From positions 174,820 through 238,819 of the forward strand of contig CAWGVS010000011.1 of NCBI GenBank assembly GCA_963826115.1: a DNA stretch of 64,000 nucleotides. Direction: 5' to 3'. Numbering within the stretch: position 1 is the first letter of the stretch; every line of letters starts with the position of its first letter. The notes under the pieces were generated by a model. It searched no databases. It saw nothing but the letters and a program-made list of their open reading frames with translations, and was not told the DNA's origin. Origin of the DNA: an uncultured Candidatus Rokubacteria bacterium (lineage in GTDB: Bacteria > Methylomirabilota > Methylomirabilia > Rokubacteriales > DASRDR01). Positions 62,026-64,000 of this stretch are shown piece after piece. Made by a program: the position numbers and the translations under genes.

Positions 62026-63291
62026 CTAGAGCCCTCCGGCGACCGCTCGGGGACCCAGCCCGGCCGGATCGTGATCCGGCTTTCGCCCGGCGACCAGGTC
62101 CGTCACGATCCGCGCCGTGCCGAACGCCATCGTCCAGCCCATGTGCCCGTGGCCGGCGTTGAAGTAGAGGTTCTGGTGTCGTCCCCGGCCCAGCACGGGG
62201 GGCCCATCCGGGGTCATTGGCCGGAGGCACGCGCGGAGCTCCCCCCGCTCCCAGTCGGCGGCGGTGGGGAAGAGGTCCCGCGCGAGCCGGAGGATGTTGT
62301 TGAAGTCGCGCGGGGTGTGGCTCCGGTCATGGCCAGCGAACTCGGCCGTCGAGGTGAGCCGGAGTCGGTCACCCTGCCGTGACCAGCCCACGAGCCACTG
62401 CTCGTCGACACCCGGGATGGTCGGCGCGAGGCCGTCGGCCCGGACGGGGAACGTCGAGGAGTAGCCCTTGGCGGGGTAGACCCCGAGTCGGACCCCGATC
62501 GTGCGCGCGACAAGTGGCGCACCGACGCCGAGAGCGAGGACGTAGGCGTCGGCCGTGAACACCCCGGCGCTGGTCACCGCGGCCGTGACGCGGTCCGCTC
62601 CCGCGCGGAGAGCGGTGACACGCGCCCCGAGCCGCACGGTCACGCCCAGCTTGTCGCGGCAGAGCCGGGCCAGGCTCTCCGTGAACAGCCGCGAGTCGCC
62701 GCTCGAGTCGCCGAGGTCGCGCACGGCGCCCGCGATCCTGTGTCGAACGGGCTCGAAGGCGGGATCGAGCCGCGCGATCTGGGCGGGATCCAGGACCTCC
62801 TGGCGCTGCCCGTATTCGGCCAGGAGCGCCATCTTCCGGACGCCCGCCTCCAGCTCACGCGGGTCCCGGAACAGGTAGAGCGCGCCACGGTTCACCGCGT
62901 GGTACTCGATCCCCTCGGCGCTCACCAGATCGGTCATGACGGCCTGGCTGTACTGGCAGAGGCGGAGCTTCACGAGTGTGTTCCGCCGGGCGCGCGCCGC
63001 CGTGCACTCGCGGAGGAACCGGAAACCCCAGGCGACCAGGGCGGGGTCCAGGCGTGGGCGCACCCGGATCGCGGTCTCATGACCGAGGAGGGATCGGAGG
63101 AGCATCCCCGGCGCCTTCGGCGACGCCCACGCGAAGGAATGACCCGGCGCGATGAGGCCCGCATTACCGGCGCTCGCGTCCTGCCCGACGCCGTCCCGCT
63201 TCTCGAGCAGCGTAACCTCGTGCCCGTCCTTCGCCAGGAAATACGCGGCCGTGACGCCGACGATGCCGCCACCCAGAACGAGCACTCTCAT
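62026..63291 (-). CDS. dadA: D-amino acid dehydrogenase (DadA-like)
   Basis: VLGGGIVG, SAGNAG, YPAKGYS, LRPMTPDG, NAGHGHMGWT. Confidence 0.85.
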   Translation of the reverse strand: MRVLVLGGGIVGVTAAYFLAKDGHEVTLLEKRDGVGQDASAGNAGLIAPGHSFAWASPKAPGMLLRSLLGHETAIRVRPRLDPALVAWGFRFLRECTAARARRNTLVKLRLCQYSQAVMTDLVSAEGIEYHAVNRGALYLFRDPRELEAGVRKMALLAEYGQRQEVLDPAQIARLDPAFEPVRHRIAGAVRDLGDSSGDSRLFTESLARLCRDKLGVTVRLGARVTALRAGADRVTAAVTSAGVFTADAYVLALGVGAPLVARTIGVRLGVYPAKGYSSTFPVRADGLAPTIPGVDEQWLVGWSRQGDRLRLTSTAEFAGHDRSHTPRDFNNILRLARDLFPTAADWERGELRACLRPMTPDGPPVLGRGRHQNLYFNAGHGHMGWTMAFGTARIVTDLVAGRKPDHDPAGLGPRAVAGGL

Positions 63292-63366
63292 GCGAGCGAC
63301 CTCCGATCGCGAGCATACGGCGGGGCCGGAGGCGCCCGCAAGGCGGCGAAGAGCTGGAGCGGCGGG

Positions 63367-63924
63367 TCAGAGCGCCCGGCGGAAGAGCCCGGGGTAGGTC
63401 ACGACGAGCGCGTTGCCGTCGACCTCGATCTCACGCGTGAAGCCCGAGTCGACGGACTCGTACCGGTAGCGGTGCCCTGGTTCGAGGCACGTGTAGCGCT
63501 GGCGGTCGATCGTGACCACGAGATCGGGAAACTGGACGTAGACGACCTGGATCGTCACGGACTGCCCGCGCGGCGGGCTGAGACGGCGGATCGGCAATGT
63601 GTTCGTGAAGGGCGTCGCCGAGAGGTCGACGTCGATCGCGCCCGTGAGATGGTGGACCGGTGTTCCCGCGCGATCGGCCCAGTGGCCGGCGCCGTCGCCG
63701 TCGAGCTCGAGCGCGCGGTCCTCGCCGACGAGCCTCACTTGCAGACGCCGAACCCGCCACCCGCTGTCGCAGAGGATCCGGTACCGAGCCGCCCAGGCCT
63801 CGGTCCCGGTAGGGCCGAGGATCACGGACTCCGCGTCGATCCCGTCCGGCCCCTCCCGGAGGACCAGGTGCTCGAGACCCTGGCCCGACCAGTCCTGCCA
63901 GCGTGCAACGAGGGTCCGGATCAC
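63367..63924 (-). CDS. Putative glycolipid-binding domain protein (DUF1089-like)
   Basis: GLEH, DVDLSATPFTNTLPIRRL, QRYT, VDGNALVVTYPGLF. Confidence 0.85.
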   Translation of the reverse strand: MIRTLVARWQDWSGQGLEHLVLREGPDGIDAESVILGPTGTEAWAARYRILCDSGWRVRRLQVRLVGEDRALELDGDGAGHWADRAGTPVHHLTGAIDVDLSATPFTNTLPIRRLSPPRGQSVTIQVVYVQFPDLVVTIDRQRYTCLEPGHRYRYESVDSGFTREIEVDGNALVVTYPGLFRRAL

Positions 63925-64000
63925 GGCCGGGGTTTGCGTTCGCCGAATGACCTGCCGCCTTGAACCGACTGGGGCCCAGGAAGGCCCGCAGTCGGGGCTC

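Overview
Very GC-rich, gene-dense bacterial DNA with about 65 CDS and no rRNA, tRNA, CRISPR array or transposase that I can see. The gene repertoire (many ABC binding proteins, CaiB CoA-transferases, crotonases, acyl-CoA dehydrogenases) resembles soil/sediment Rokubacteria-type genomes; this is an inference only. About a dozen genes are broken by 1-bp indels, often in homopolymers, which suggests an unpolished long-read assembly. Main blocks: (1) an abm-like anthraniloyl/salicylyl-CoA monooxygenase-reductase cluster with its own ABC importer (7.3-17.5 kb); (2) a 3-sulfinopropionyl-CoA desulfinase-like acyl-CoA dehydrogenase homologue; (3) an ArsS radical-SAM / arsenosugar-associated cluster facing a stand-alone SelD-N-terminal-type flavoprotein, preceded by a decayed phd-doc-like module (22-28.3 kb); (4) a SerK/SbnI-like free-serine kinase gene directly upstream of trpB2 (31.4-33.7 kb), followed by a vapBC pair with a palindromic operator; (5) a CoA-catabolic region with thiolase/DUF35, a strongly divergent B12-dependent mutase, two methyltransferases, a CoA-transferase and a three-subunit molybdenum hydroxylase (34.6-50 kb); (6) a Dpp/Opp-type ABC system and housekeeping enzymes. 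The best candidate for an undescribed system is the serine kinase + TrpB2 pair, a possible two-gene route from Ser to O-phosphoserine to Trp (indole salvage). The divergent mutase pathway is second. All family assignments come from motif recognition, not database searches.
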